This document shows, piece after piece, positions 33,343 to 43,515 of a stretch of DNA of 64,000 nucleotides. Source of the stretch: a virus; the IMG/VR virus record IMGVR_UViG_3300045988_171958, positions 224,001-288,000 of that record; one strand, 5' to 3'. Below the pieces are notes generated by a model that was given only the letters and a program-made list of their open reading frames with translations, did no database searches and was not told where the DNA came from. Within the stretch, counting starts at the first letter, position 1; the number at the start of each line of letters is the position of its first letter. The translations under genes and the position numbers were made by a program.

Positions 33343-34794
33343 GAAATTCTTAACACCATTTTTCCAAAGGTCTTTGTAAGCTTTCTTAGCATTTTTACCA
33401 ATACTTTTGAATGTTGAACCAACATTAGCTGCTTCACCATAAAGGTTACCAAGACCTGCACTACCATCGATAAGCATCATAGCAGCAGATATAGTAGATT
33501 CTGATGCATCAACTAACGTCTTATAAGTTTGACTTGCAGGATTGTAATAGTATTTATTATCTATTGCATACTGCATCATCTTATGACGTTTGTTTTCATG
33601 GTCATCAGATTCAGGATTTGTAGTACCACCAGAATTAATTCCATTCACATTTACATCACCCAAATTAACTGTATTAGGATCTTTATCAAGGTGTTTTTCA
33701 CGATTATCTATATCAGGGTCACCTTTCTTTCCACTCAACACATAACTACTAATTCCATTTTGACTCCATAAGAATCCAGAATCACCAAACAATACTTTTG
33801 CAAATTCATTTTGATTATGTTGGTATACACGATCATATTTTATCTTGAACGTTGGGGTAGATTGGAATGGAGTCTGATTTGAAAATGATTGTGGAAGCAT
33901 TGTATTTAAAGTAGAATAATCTATTTCACAACCCTGAAAAGAAAACAATTTGAATGACATTCTATCCGTCATGTTAGCACTATTGAGATTCTTATATACA
34001 GTTGTTCTTCCTTTCAAATCTCTGGTAGAAGTTTGCAGATATCTTATTGGGGATTGAAATACAACAACATCTAAATCAAATTTTCTTAGATTTTCTGGTA
34101 ATATTTCTTTTTGGTTTATAGCATCATAAGCTGCATATTTATAGAAATCCATTAAAGTAAGTAAACGTAAATCAGTTGCTTCTTCTGAACATTCTATTTC
34201 TATAGATTTTTCTGCTGTCAGATTATCTAAATTCATATTCAAAGCATTATTTACATCTTTTACTGATTTGAAGAACCAAGGAGCATTAGAAGATATGTAG
34301 CTTAATGATCGTACAAACTTTATCAAAGACTTTTTTCTAGCCATCATATTATCATTATATTTATAAAAATTTCTATCAAGATATTGTATAGCAGTGTTGT
34401 TTGCTGCAAATTTCTTACCATTAGAAGATTGCATAATACCACCTAACAAACCATAAGATGTATCAAACTTAAAGAATAATTTAAAGTATAGCCAAGCTGG
34501 TTGAGTTGCAATAGAATCTAATCCTTTCTGAAAACTTACTCGTTCATTTATGAAATCTTTATAACCCCAAGCAGGAACATCAAGTAATGTTTGATCAGTA
34601 TTAGCGTCTCTAGAAGATATAGTGCCAGAGCCATCATATTCCACTTGCTCATCAGGTACAACTTTGTTTGCTTTTAATGGACCTTTATAATCTAAAGTAT
34701 TTTGCTGAGGTTTTTTTTCATATCCATCAGAACCATTCCCAGTAGATGAAACACCTTTACCTAATCCTCCTAATAATTTTGATAGAATTGACAT
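33331..34794 (-). CDS. Structural protein (487 aa); possibly baseplate-tail tube junction type (T4 gp54/gp48-like)
   Basis: LFSFQGCEIDYSTL...TPTFKIKYDRVYQ and the Gly/Ser-rich C-terminus loosely recall T4 gp54 (MFTGCIPISVSAPELSY...FDVTFAYRVMQ). From memory only. Confidence 0.3.
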   Translation of the reverse strand: MSILSKLLGGLGKGVSSTGNGSDGYEKKPQQNTLDYKGPLKANKVVPDEQVEYDGSGTISSRDANTDQTLLDVPAWGYKDFINERVSFQKGLDSIATQPAWLYFKLFFKFDTSYGLLGGIMQSSNGKKFAANNTAIQYLDRNFYKYNDNMMARKKSLIKFVRSLSYISSNAPWFFKSVKDVNNALNMNLDNLTAEKSIEIECSEEATDLRLLTLMDFYKYAAYDAINQKEILPENLRKFDLDVVVFQSPIRYLQTSTRDLKGRTTVYKNLNSANMTDRMSFKLFSFQGCEIDYSTLNTMLPQSFSNQTPFQSTPTFKIKYDRVYQHNQNEFAKVLFGDSGFLWSQNGISSYVLSGKKGDPDIDNREKHLDKDPNTVNLGDVNVNGINSGGTTNPESDDHENKRHKMMQYAIDNKYYYNPASQTYKTLVDASESTISAAMMLIDGSAGLGNLYGEAANVGSTFKSIGKNAKKAYKDLWKNGVKNFLQF

Positions 34795-34812
34795 GATTTT
34801 AATTTTATTTAT

Positions 34813-35331
34813 TTATTGATTTGAAAGATAAGTAAATGTTCCTGATAATGTGCAATCCAATGACATATTTGTATTGCCATTTATTCTTGAGAATGGAACT
34901 TCAAATTCTACTTGGGTAAATTTTGACTTCATCTTAACGATACCTAATACATAATTGATACTTACTATTTCAGCATCTTTTAAAGTATCTTCATCTATCA
35001 TCAAGTCGGTATATGATTCTGAGTTTTTCTTAGAAAACTGTACTACTTTATCCCAGTATTCTTTTATATTTACTATCTTCTTTTCAAATGGATATTCTTT
35101 AGAAGTAAGCATAATACGAGGAGATGTTTTCCAATTCTTATCTTTAATTGGTTTAATATCCCATCTATAGTATCTCTGATGATCCGTTAAAAAATCAGAA
35201 ATTGATTTTTTCAACATTTGGTTGTAAATATCATTAACTTTATCATTTATGTAATCAGAAGTTGAAACTAAAGTATCATCAGATACTATTATTTGCTTAT
35301 ATATTTCAGAAGAATTGTTTATGTTTTTCAT
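34813..35331 (-). CDS. Hypothetical protein (172 aa)
   Basis: Track start 35367 overlaps the upstream gene. ATG 35331 (MKNINNSS) lies 1 nt after the upstream stop. Confidence 0.7.
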   Translation of the reverse strand: MKNINNSSEIYKQIIVSDDTLVSTSDYINDKVNDIYNQMLKKSISDFLTDHQRYYRWDIKPIKDKNWKTSPRIMLTSKEYPFEKKIVNIKEYWDKVVQFSKKNSESYTDLMIDEDTLKDAEIVSINYVLGIVKMKSKFTQVEFEVPFSRINGNTNMSLDCTLSGTFTYLSNQ

Positions 35332-35332
35332 T

Positions 35333-36937
35333 TTAAGTATTGTTATATGATTTAGGAACAGAATCACTGTTTATATAACCAGGTATAATATCTCTTCTTA
35401 TGAGGTATATTTTTTGAATGATTTCATGTTCTTCATTCTTTACATCATATTCAAATGACATACCATCAATATAATAAACACCAGATACGGATAAGTTTAT
35501 GAATCCAAGAGTTGAATCTTCAAACATTTTTTCCAATTCAACACTAGATGGGTTAGGCATTTCAGATTTATCTCCACTTAAATTATGCCAGTTTTGCCAC
35601 ATCTGTCGTTTACCTAATTCTGTATATTCAAATATTGCTAAATTTATGAGAGTTCCTCGTTGAAGACCGAAATTTGGCTTTGCCAACTTTACTTCCAATG
35701 TCTTAGCTCTCATTTTCCTGAAATAATTGTCATGAATCATTTTTTGTTTCAGAACTGGAGTATTGTGATCTTCTGGGTCACCATATTCATATCCAGAAAA
35801 AACAGTATTTCTAAATCGACATGCATTGTTTACTGTATCATTTACGGATGTTCCATGGAATTTCATATTAGTAGTATTGAGGGCATCATTTCCAGTTCCA
35901 GAAGTTGGAGAACCAATCGTGTATTCATTCATGTTTCCATGCTCCATTATATCTTTGTTGTTTACTCTCCACTTCCAAGATGATACAAGATAGTTGCCAA
36001 GCTCAGGCATTCTCTTATAGTTAGTAAGCAATCGATGTGCCATACCATGTTGCATATCTTCTTTTATGTCATCATCTGTAAATCCAAGACCACTAACAGG
36101 ATGTATTCCAAGGTCATTTGGAGTTATCTTTTCGGTCATAACCCAAGAAAAGTTTACAACTACTAAATAACGATAAAGATCTACCCAACAATCAAATACA
36201 CTATTTTCATCTAATCCACCAAATGCAACATGTTTCTGTATAGCTTCTGTATAAGTTTCACTTCTTATTATTCTTGTCTTATCATCTTTTATTTCTTTTA
36301 CTTTATCTGTAGCGGCAAATCCCAAACCACATTCAGTAACTGCAACGTAATGTAAGAATTCATAAGTAGTAGGGTATTTGTTTGGACCAAGTTGACAGTA
36401 TTTTGCAGAACATCCTGGAGTTGGCCAAGGATTGAATGTAATTTGCTTTGTCATTTTTTGACGTAAAGACAACAAATGATATTCACCATAATATACTATC
36501 TGATCAGCATGATATTCCACTTTACTAACATAGAAATCTATAGAAATAGGTTTGTAGGCACCATCAACAGAATCTGTCATTACTATAGTCATATTAGAAG
36601 ACATAGAAGCAGTTTCCATCAACTCTTCACTTTTTTCTTGTTGGGATATGATGACTTTACAAGTTGGAATAAACTTATCATAATCAATATGTACATATTT
36701 TATAGAATTTCTAAGAATTACTTTATTGTCTATTCTTATGATAGGTATTCTTGGACCTTCTAACTTTACAACATTTATTGGTTGATTATTTATACCAAGT
36801 CCTGAAGATTTTATGTCTTGAGATTCATTGAATTTTACTACAGCGTTTTTCTTAACTGATGGATCATGCCTTACTATTGGGTCCAATTTATTTACATTTG
36901 GACTCAATGGTTGATATAGCTCTTTCAAATCTTCCAT
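35333..36937 (-). CDS. Putative baseplate hub protein (gpD/gp27-like) (534 aa)
   Basis: Follows a LysM/tail-protein-X-like gene, as in P2/Mu-type baseplate modules. Size and TTYEFLHYVAVTECGLGF-type segment are compatible; unverified. Confidence 0.35.
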   Translation of the reverse strand: MEDLKELYQPLSPNVNKLDPIVRHDPSVKKNAVVKFNESQDIKSSGLGINNQPINVVKLEGPRIPIIRIDNKVILRNSIKYVHIDYDKFIPTCKVIISQQEKSEELMETASMSSNMTIVMTDSVDGAYKPISIDFYVSKVEYHADQIVYYGEYHLLSLRQKMTKQITFNPWPTPGCSAKYCQLGPNKYPTTYEFLHYVAVTECGLGFAATDKVKEIKDDKTRIIRSETYTEAIQKHVAFGGLDENSVFDCWVDLYRYLVVVNFSWVMTEKITPNDLGIHPVSGLGFTDDDIKEDMQHGMAHRLLTNYKRMPELGNYLVSSWKWRVNNKDIMEHGNMNEYTIGSPTSGTGNDALNTTNMKFHGTSVNDTVNNACRFRNTVFSGYEYGDPEDHNTPVLKQKMIHDNYFRKMRAKTLEVKLAKPNFGLQRGTLINLAIFEYTELGKRQMWQNWHNLSGDKSEMPNPSSVELEKMFEDSTLGFINLSVSGVYYIDGMSFEYDVKNEEHEIIQKIYLIRRDIIPGYINSDSVPKSYNNT

Positions 36938-36941
36938 AAAA

Positions 36942-37421
36942 TTAATAAATCAATAAATTTGTATCACCTACTTGTACATAATTATGGTCAAATACTGTTG
37001 CTTCATTTGGTGATCGTTTTTCATCTTTATTCTTTTTGAATGTTTGTGTTCTATTAAGTAAAGATGAAGATGTAGAAGCTAGTCCATCCATATTGGTTTT
37101 TACAACTTTTGTAAATCTATCTATAAATTCAGGTTGTGGACATATCAAAACATTTCCTTCCATCAATTCAAAAGGATTTGATATTCCATTTATCTTACAT
37201 AATATATCAGCATATTCATCTGAATGATAAAGAACAAATGATATTAAATCTGGTCTAGCAATATATTCTTTTGATACTTCAACTATTGTATATGCATTCG
37301 AGAAATCAATAGTATCATCAAATGTCTTTACCAATAAATCCTTTACTCTTTCTATTGTACCATCAGAAAACTTGTATTCTAATTCAGGTTTTTGTTTTAT
37401 CAATCCGTAATTAAGTGGCAT
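36942..37421 (-). CDS. LysM / phage tail protein X-like protein (159 aa)
   Basis: YTIVEVSKEYIARPDLISFVLYHSDEYADILCKINGISNPFELMEGNVLICP fits the LysM-like tail-X pattern (Y-x-V...D-x-I...N-x-I...G-x-x-L-x-x-P). Confidence 0.5.
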   Translation of the reverse strand: MPLNYGLIKQKPELEYKFSDGTIERVKDLLVKTFDDTIDFSNAYTIVEVSKEYIARPDLISFVLYHSDEYADILCKINGISNPFELMEGNVLICPQPEFIDRFTKVVKTNMDGLASTSSSLLNRTQTFKKNKDEKRSPNEATVFDHNYVQVGDTNLLIY

Positions 37422-37455
37422 GTGTTAAAATTCATATCTCCTTATACAAAAATAA

Positions 37456-37483
37456 AAAGAGGAATTCAGCTGAATTCCTCTTT
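37456..37483 (-). terminator. Perfect 28-nt palindrome terminator
   Basis: AAAGAGGAATTCAG|CTGAATTCCTCTTT, followed on the minus strand by TTATTTTTG. Directly after the stop of the 293-aa fibre gene. Confidence 0.7.
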
Positions 37484-37487
37484 GATA

Positions 37488-38369
37488 TTAGTTTGATATA
37501 ATGAATGTTGTATTTTCTGGTTTTGAGGTTAATAAATTGAATTCACCTAATGTACCTGTCCATAAATATGTCGCTTTATTTAAACCATCATCCTTTTGTA
37601 CACCATTTTCAACATAAATACCAGATCTCCACATTACTCTATTTTCAAGATTTTTTAATCTATTCATAATAGAATTGTATTGATCTGCGGTAACTATACC
37701 TGCTAATTCTGCATTTCCAACACCATTATTATCTTTATCATGTTTTATAGTAGTACCACTATTCAATACTGGTATGTTGATACTGCTATCAGGTTTGTCT
37801 CCATAATGGGTATATGATAATGTTACGGTACTTGCATTATTTGTATATTTGAATCCCTGTGTCCAACCAGTATAAGTATGATTGTCGGAACCATCTACAG
37901 TAATGCTATGGATATTATCATAAACATTATCTTTATTCATATACTGGGTTGAACTAGCACCATCTTCATTTATCAATGATTTGATATTTGTCTTTGACCA
38001 GCCTGGTTTGTCGGTATTATGTGTTTTAAAATTACCACTGTTATCCCAATTTACCAACATATAATAACCTCTTTCAGGTTTATCTTCTACATACCATAAT
38101 TGTCCTATAGCATCTGATCCTTTTCCTGATTTATCTGCATAACACTCTTGAGATAATATGAATTTTGGTATCTTATATAAATCATTTAAACTCTTAACAG
38201 TATGATGTCCAGCTACCCAATTCATATTAGTAATTGCTGTAGTGGTTTCATCAGATGGTACTAATTTAGCATTTCTATCCAAAAATGTTTCTTCTTTACC
38301 AACTATGGTTCCACTGGTACCATTTATTTTTTTAATGTCTAGATCTCTATTTGTTTCTATTCTTCCCAT
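37488..38369 (-). CDS. Tail fibre / receptor-binding-type protein (293 aa)
   Basis: Last gene of the fibre cluster. AELAGIVTADQYNSIMNRLKNLE resembles the AGLMSxxDKxKLD fibre motif present in the 1682-aa protein. Confidence 0.5.
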   Translation of the reverse strand: MGRIETNRDLDIKKINGTSGTIVGKEETFLDRNAKLVPSDETTTAITNMNWVAGHHTVKSLNDLYKIPKFILSQECYADKSGKGSDAIGQLWYVEDKPERGYYMLVNWDNSGNFKTHNTDKPGWSKTNIKSLINEDGASSTQYMNKDNVYDNIHSITVDGSDNHTYTGWTQGFKYTNNASTVTLSYTHYGDKPDSSINIPVLNSGTTIKHDKDNNGVGNAELAGIVTADQYNSIMNRLKNLENRVMWRSGIYVENGVQKDDGLNKATYLWTGTLGEFNLLTSKPENTTFIISN

Positions 38370-38380
38370 TATTAACCTAA

Positions 38381-41300
38381 TTAAGATATTGTTATTGACA
38401 TATTAGCAGAACCAACATTAGACCTATATATATAATATTGTTGTGGTAATCCTGCTCCATTTATATATTTAAAGGTTTCAGTTTTTACTCCATTTTTTTC
38501 AATTGTTACTTGTATAAATGATGAAGTAATAATTTCTACTCCGTTTTTCTTTATTTGAGATATTTTTCCCCAGTTTGTAGGAAATGCCATAAAGAAACAA
38601 TGATTAGAATCAGACAAATAATCTATATTCCAATTTTTTGAATATATTGCTTTGCTATGCCTTCCTAAATGATTATTTTCGTCTATTTTTACCACAGACT
38701 CTTTTTTGTCTTTTAAATTTCCAAGATTATTATATAATGCCTCATTTAATTCTTGCATTGTACATATACCATAAAATAATAATCTATATGTGGACCAATT
38801 AACAAAACAAGATGTGTTATCTTCACCAGACGCAGGAACAATAGAACCTAAGTGTTTAGTACCATCTGAACTTGCAGCATAATCATCAGGATATCCGGAA
38901 ATGATAAGACCGCGTTTCTTTGCGAAAATAGTTTGATAACATACTTCTCCACCACCTCCGTTTAATATTGGTGATGACCAAACATCAGAATTAGTATTTA
39001 CTGCAGGTAATTTTTTATCCCATGCACCATCACATCTTTCTGGTTCCTTTTGATTATCTACAGTCCATTTCCATGTACCAGACCATTTTGGTCTGAAACC
39101 ATATTCTATCTGTAAATTAGTAATATTATTTGATTTATGTACAATATTTGCTAATTTATAACTAGTTATACCATCATTTTTAAATACTTGCCATGAACCA
39201 GTTGAAATTTGTATTCCTGCAATCTGTTTGTCACCTTCCCATATAGAGTCAAGTCTGGCCTTATCTCTTGCCGACATAAGGCCTGCTATACCAGAATTAT
39301 CATTTTCTAATGCACCTGGGATTGCTTGTGGTAATACTAAAGTATAAGTATTATTTAACCAAACATTATGTTTTTCAACATTATTATCTATATAAGTTTG
39401 TTTAAATACTTGTGTAGTATAATGTAATGTATAGCTTACTGGTGTATAAGTGAATGGATCTATAGACTTTGTAAAATAAGTACCAGTACCAAAAGTATCG
39501 AACTTATCATTCATAGTATTATACAAATAAGTATAGCTATTTCTGTACATATTATATGTTACAACAGTTGACCATGACTTATGGTTGATCTCCTTATCAT
39601 CCTTATAAATACCAGGATCATAATCATGAGCATACACATAAGTATCATTACTAAAATAACCTACACCATTTTTTCCATCTTCAGTCTCACTTTGACCAAT
39701 CCAGAATGCATTCTTTCTACTAATTTGCGGTTTTCCTTCATCATCTTTATAAGGACCTACTCCAATACCAACGGCAAAGTAACTTTTTTTATCTTCATTA
39801 TATTTACCAACAGTGGTATTTGTATATGATGAAACTTTTATTCCTTGTCCTAAACCTATACTATAGTTACCATTAATGACTGTATTTGTCTTATCTCCTA
39901 TATAAGCATGTACAGTTTCTATATAAGCACTTCTTGTATGTAATCTAGTATCATGAGTATCATCCGTATAAGCATTAATATTACCTGATACAACTTGTGT
40001 TATTTTTTCTCCAGTTATTTTTTCAGTTTTTCCTCCTGAACTTACAATCAAGCTATCATGCTTACCTACTGTAACAGATCTTTCATTAGTTATAGATTCA
40101 GTATGTACTCCACCTGTAGTTATATTTACATTAGCTTCGTTAGTTACATTAACATTATTTGCCGTTATATTAGTTCTAATACCTTTGACTATATCATCCT
40201 TATTAGATGAAGTATATGCATAAGATGTACCGTATGTAATTATCTTAACTTCAGATTGTTGTTCAACATCTTGTTTTTTATCATTTTTTACAATTGTTCC
40301 ATTAGTTATATTGACATTACCAACTGTTATATTAGTTCTAATACCTTTGACTATATCATCCTTATTAGATGAAGTATATGCATAAGATGTACCGTATGTA
40401 ATTATCTTAACTTCAGATTGTTGTTCAACATCTTGTTTTTTATCATTTTTTACAATTGTTCCATTAGTTATATTGACATTACCAACTGTGGCAATTTCTC
40501 TATTACCTTCTGTCGTATTTGTTATGTTACCATGAACATAAATATAAGAATTTTCATAAGTATAACTAGTATAATTATCCTTATTGATTTTTGTTACGGC
40601 CCCAGTAATATCTTCAGTAAGTGTTCCTTTAGCCGTTACAGACTTATTACCAATATTTTCATCATATTTTGTACTTGCATTAAGACTTATACTTGGAGAA
40701 GTCAAATCTCCTTTAGTAGTAGAAGTTACATAGAAATTAGTACCTTTATTTCCTTCTTGATCTTTACCTATGAAAGTATTTTTAGCACCCTTAAAATATG
40801 CATCTGTACTAGACTTAATACATAATTCATTAGTTACATGAATATGAGTTTTATTTAAGTCTAAATTAGTACTACCAGATGTTATGTTTAAAGAGCCTGT
40901 ATTTAAATTAGTATTTCCTGTAACTTTTATAGTTGAATTTCCTGTTACATTTTCATTATTTGTATTAGTTGTCTTATTTGATATAGTACTATTTTCATTT
41001 ATAGTATTACCTTTTATAGTTGTTGTAGCAGAAGTACCACCATGAACAGGTTGCCCAATATAAGTATGTCTTCTACCATATACATAAGATACATCAGAAC
41101 TTATATCAACATAAGTACCATCTTTTGTTGCATCACCATGAATACATATTTTGGGAGCAGATAAATATACACTATTATCTGATCTTTCAGTTATAGATCC
41201 ATTTACAAAAGTCTCTAAAGCTTTATTTACATAAACATAATTACCATCATAAGCATAACATGACTTAAATCCACTAACAGTAGAAATAAATGTTGAACCA

Positions 41301-43429
41301 TAACCTTCATAAGCAGCACCAGTAGTTCTAGTATCAGAAGTACCATTGAATCTATTTGTAGTATTACCATTTACAGTGATATTACAAGTATTATTTTTGT
41401 TTGCCGTACCTATTGTTTGTGTATAGTTACCTTTTACAACTTCTGTATGGTTTCCATCTACTGTAGTTTTGAAATATCCTGTATTATGGTTAGTAGTATT
41501 TGGTCCTTCAATATTTATATCACCATTGTGATAGATACCTACAACATTATGACGCTTATCATCTGCAGTACCATTACCTATTGTAAACAAAGTACCACTA
41601 TTTCCTGTATCAGTATTTTTTGGATCAGATACATTGTACTTACCTTGTGCATGTTCTGATTCATTGTTTGCTATAGTATAAGAACCTTCTGCATGAGCTG
41701 CAGTAGCATTAGTACCGGTTATGCTACCTTGTCCTTCTGCATGAGAAGCTAAACCATTAGTTGTGGTAACAATACCTTCGGTATGTGACTGATCACTACT
41801 TGCATTAGTACCATAACCTTCAGCATGACTATCATGGTTATTAGCTTTTGATTCATGACCTTGAGCTAATGAATATTCACCTTTTGCTACTGTTCCTAAA
41901 CCAATAGCAACACTACCTTTACCAGTAGCTTTACTATAGTTCATAGCAACAGATCCTTCACCTTCTGCTGTACCATTATTCATAGCAGTAGACTTTACTC
42001 CTGAAGCAGAACTTGCATTCATAGCTACAGAATTTGTTCCTGATGCAGTACTTGCATTAGTAGCTAATGATTGTTGACCAGTAGCATGACCTTTTATTAA
42101 TGCCATAGCACCTTGTCCTGTTTCAGCTATAGAACCTTGTCCAATAGCCACACTATCTGTTGATTTCGCAGTACCTTGTATAGAAACAGAATTAGATCCA
42201 GAAGCAGTACCATCTAATGATATTGAATTATCACCAGATGCAGTACCAGTAAAAGCAATAGAATTAGACCCGGAAGCAGTACCTTTTACAGCAACAGAAT
42301 TATCACCAGAAGCAGTTCCAGAAACTAATGCAACACTATTTACACCAGAGGCTAATGTTCCCTTTATACCATGAGCAAATGAATTGATACCACCAGCAGT
42401 TGCTTCACCTCCTGAATGAGAATTCTTTCCGTTTGCATAAGAACTGTTCTCTGCATGGGCATTCACACCTTTAGTATAAGAACCAGTACCTTCAGCATGA
42501 GAATTATCTGCATTACTATGTACATAAGTAGAATTACCTTCGGTATGAGCATTTACTGCAGAAACTGTAGTAGTAGTACCTTCCGCATGTCCTGCATTAA
42601 ATAGTACTTTATTTTTATATCCTTCTACATGAGCATATTCACCAGATACAATATTTTCTCTACCTTCAGCATGAGAATCATTACCAGATACTGTATTTCT
42701 GTGACCTTCAGCGTGTGCATGTAAAGCATTTACTGTATTACTTAAGCCTTCACCATGAGATGCTTCACCATTTACTGTAGTAAGCTTTCCTTCAGCATGA
42801 GAAAAGTTACCAATAGCTACATTATTTGTATAGTCATTGAATATTTCAGCATAAGAAGTAGTAGGAAAATAAGTACCATCAGGAAGTTCTTTCTTTTCAT
42901 AAGAATATTCTTTAGACTTAGTATAGCTATCATACCAATGACCTACGCCAGTATAGTAAGTACCAAGCTGTGTTTTACGAACAAAATCTTTATCGAGAGT
43001 ATAGTCCATCTCTTGCTTAAGCACTATTCTATCTGCATAATATGTATTAGGATTACCATCAGGAACAAAACCATATTTATTTTTGGCAGTACCTCTTCCT
43101 TTATCTGTACCTTTATAGGATACATACCAAGGACCCTTCATATCTATAGTTTCTAGTACTTTATTACCTTCATCATCTTTAGTATAATTACTATCTTTTC
43201 TCTTATCATCTTCATTTACATAAGGAACTGAAGTAATTAATCCCACATAATAGTTACCAGATCCACCATTATTTGTACCAATTTTATATGATACTGTTCT
43301 TTGGTTCAATTCCCAAAGTAAATCGGTATAAGAATAATTCAATTGAGTTGCATCAATTGGTTCTCGGTTACCTCTACCTAACAAGCTACCCCATGTAAGT
43401 GCGGTTGTTCCTATTGGTTTTACTGCCAT
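38381..43429 (-). CDS. Giant tail fibre protein (1682 aa) with H-x-E-G beta-repeat region and internal perfect duplication
   Basis: Dozens of (S/A)H(A/T/G)EG repeats at roughly 12-16 aa spacing, then N/T/G-rich beta-helix-like repeats. GIAGLMSARDKARLDSI fibre motif. N-terminal domain is paralogous to the 1291-aa protein (YYADRI, QLGTYYTGVGHW, EIFNDY). Confidence 0.75.
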   Translation of the reverse strand: MAVKPIGTTALTWGSLLGRGNREPIDATQLNYSYTDLLWELNQRTVSYKIGTNNGGSGNYYVGLITSVPYVNEDDKRKDSNYTKDDEGNKVLETIDMKGPWYVSYKGTDKGRGTAKNKYGFVPDGNPNTYYADRIVLKQEMDYTLDKDFVRKTQLGTYYTGVGHWYDSYTKSKEYSYEKKELPDGTYFPTTSYAEIFNDYTNNVAIGNFSHAEGKLTTVNGEASHGEGLSNTVNALHAHAEGHRNTVSGNDSHAEGRENIVSGEYAHVEGYKNKVLFNAGHAEGTTTTVSAVNAHTEGNSTYVHSNADNSHAEGTGSYTKGVNAHAENSSYANGKNSHSGGEATAGGINSFAHGIKGTLASGVNSVALVSGTASGDNSVAVKGTASGSNSIAFTGTASGDNSISLDGTASGSNSVSIQGTAKSTDSVAIGQGSIAETGQGAMALIKGHATGQQSLATNASTASGTNSVAMNASSASGVKSTAMNNGTAEGEGSVAMNYSKATGKGSVAIGLGTVAKGEYSLAQGHESKANNHDSHAEGYGTNASSDQSHTEGIVTTTNGLASHAEGQGSITGTNATAAHAEGSYTIANNESEHAQGKYNVSDPKNTDTGNSGTLFTIGNGTADDKRHNVVGIYHNGDINIEGPNTTNHNTGYFKTTVDGNHTEVVKGNYTQTIGTANKNNTCNITVNGNTTNRFNGTSDTRTTGAAYEGYGSTFISTVSGFKSCYAYDGNYVYVNKALETFVNGSITERSDNSVYLSAPKICIHGDATKDGTYVDISSDVSYVYGRRHTYIGQPVHGGTSATTTIKGNTINENSTISNKTTNTNNENVTGNSTIKVTGNTNLNTGSLNITSGSTNLDLNKTHIHVTNELCIKSSTDAYFKGAKNTFIGKDQEGNKGTNFYVTSTTKGDLTSPSISLNASTKYDENIGNKSVTAKGTLTEDITGAVTKINKDNYTSYTYENSYIYVHGNITNTTEGNREIATVGNVNITNGTIVKNDKKQDVEQQSEVKIITYGTSYAYTSSNKDDIVKGIRTNITVGNVNITNGTIVKNDKKQDVEQQSEVKIITYGTSYAYTSSNKDDIVKGIRTNITANNVNVTNEANVNITTGGVHTESITNERSVTVGKHDSLIVSSGGKTEKITGEKITQVVSGNINAYTDDTHDTRLHTRSAYIETVHAYIGDKTNTVINGNYSIGLGQGIKVSSYTNTTVGKYNEDKKSYFAVGIGVGPYKDDEGKPQISRKNAFWIGQSETEDGKNGVGYFSNDTYVYAHDYDPGIYKDDKEINHKSWSTVVTYNMYRNSYTYLYNTMNDKFDTFGTGTYFTKSIDPFTYTPVSYTLHYTTQVFKQTYIDNNVEKHNVWLNNTYTLVLPQAIPGALENDNSGIAGLMSARDKARLDSIWEGDKQIAGIQISTGSWQVFKNDGITSYKLANIVHKSNNITNLQIEYGFRPKWSGTWKWTVDNQKEPERCDGAWDKKLPAVNTNSDVWSSPILNGGGGEVCYQTIFAKKRGLIISGYPDDYAASSDGTKHLGSIVPASGEDNTSCFVNWSTYRLLFYGICTMQELNEALYNNLGNLKDKKESVVKIDENNHLGRHSKAIYSKNWNIDYLSDSNHCFFMAFPTNWGKISQIKKNGVEIITSSFIQVTIEKNGVKTETFKYINGAGLPQQYYIYRSNVGSANMSITIS
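40164..40487. repeat. Perfect 2 x 162-bp tandem duplication inside the 1682-aa fibre gene
   Basis: 40164-40325 equals 40326-40487 base for base. It encodes VGNVNITNGTIVKNDKKQDVEQQSEVKIITYGTSYAYTSSNKDDIVKGIRTNIT twice, with a diverged partial third unit at lower coordinates. Confidence 0.9.
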
Positions 43430-43458
43430 AATATCTTATATTAGAAATGTTCTTTTGT

Positions 43459-43470
43459 ATTATATAAAAA
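43459..43470 (-). promoter_or_regulatory. Late-promoter-like TTTTTATATAAT
   Basis: 30-41 nt upstream of ATG 43429 and just downstream (minus sense) of the 43488-43505 terminator. Confidence 0.3.
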
Positions 43471-43487
43471 TATTCATCAATAAAAAA

Positions 43488-43505
43488 GAGAAGCTTAAGC
43501 TTCTC
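43488..43505 (-). terminator. Hairpin terminator with CTTAAG apex
   Basis: GAGAAGC-TTAA-GCTTCTC, followed on the minus strand by TTTTTTATT. After the stop of the 1291-aa fibre gene. Confidence 0.6.
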
Positions 43506-43515
43506 CTTCTAGTAT

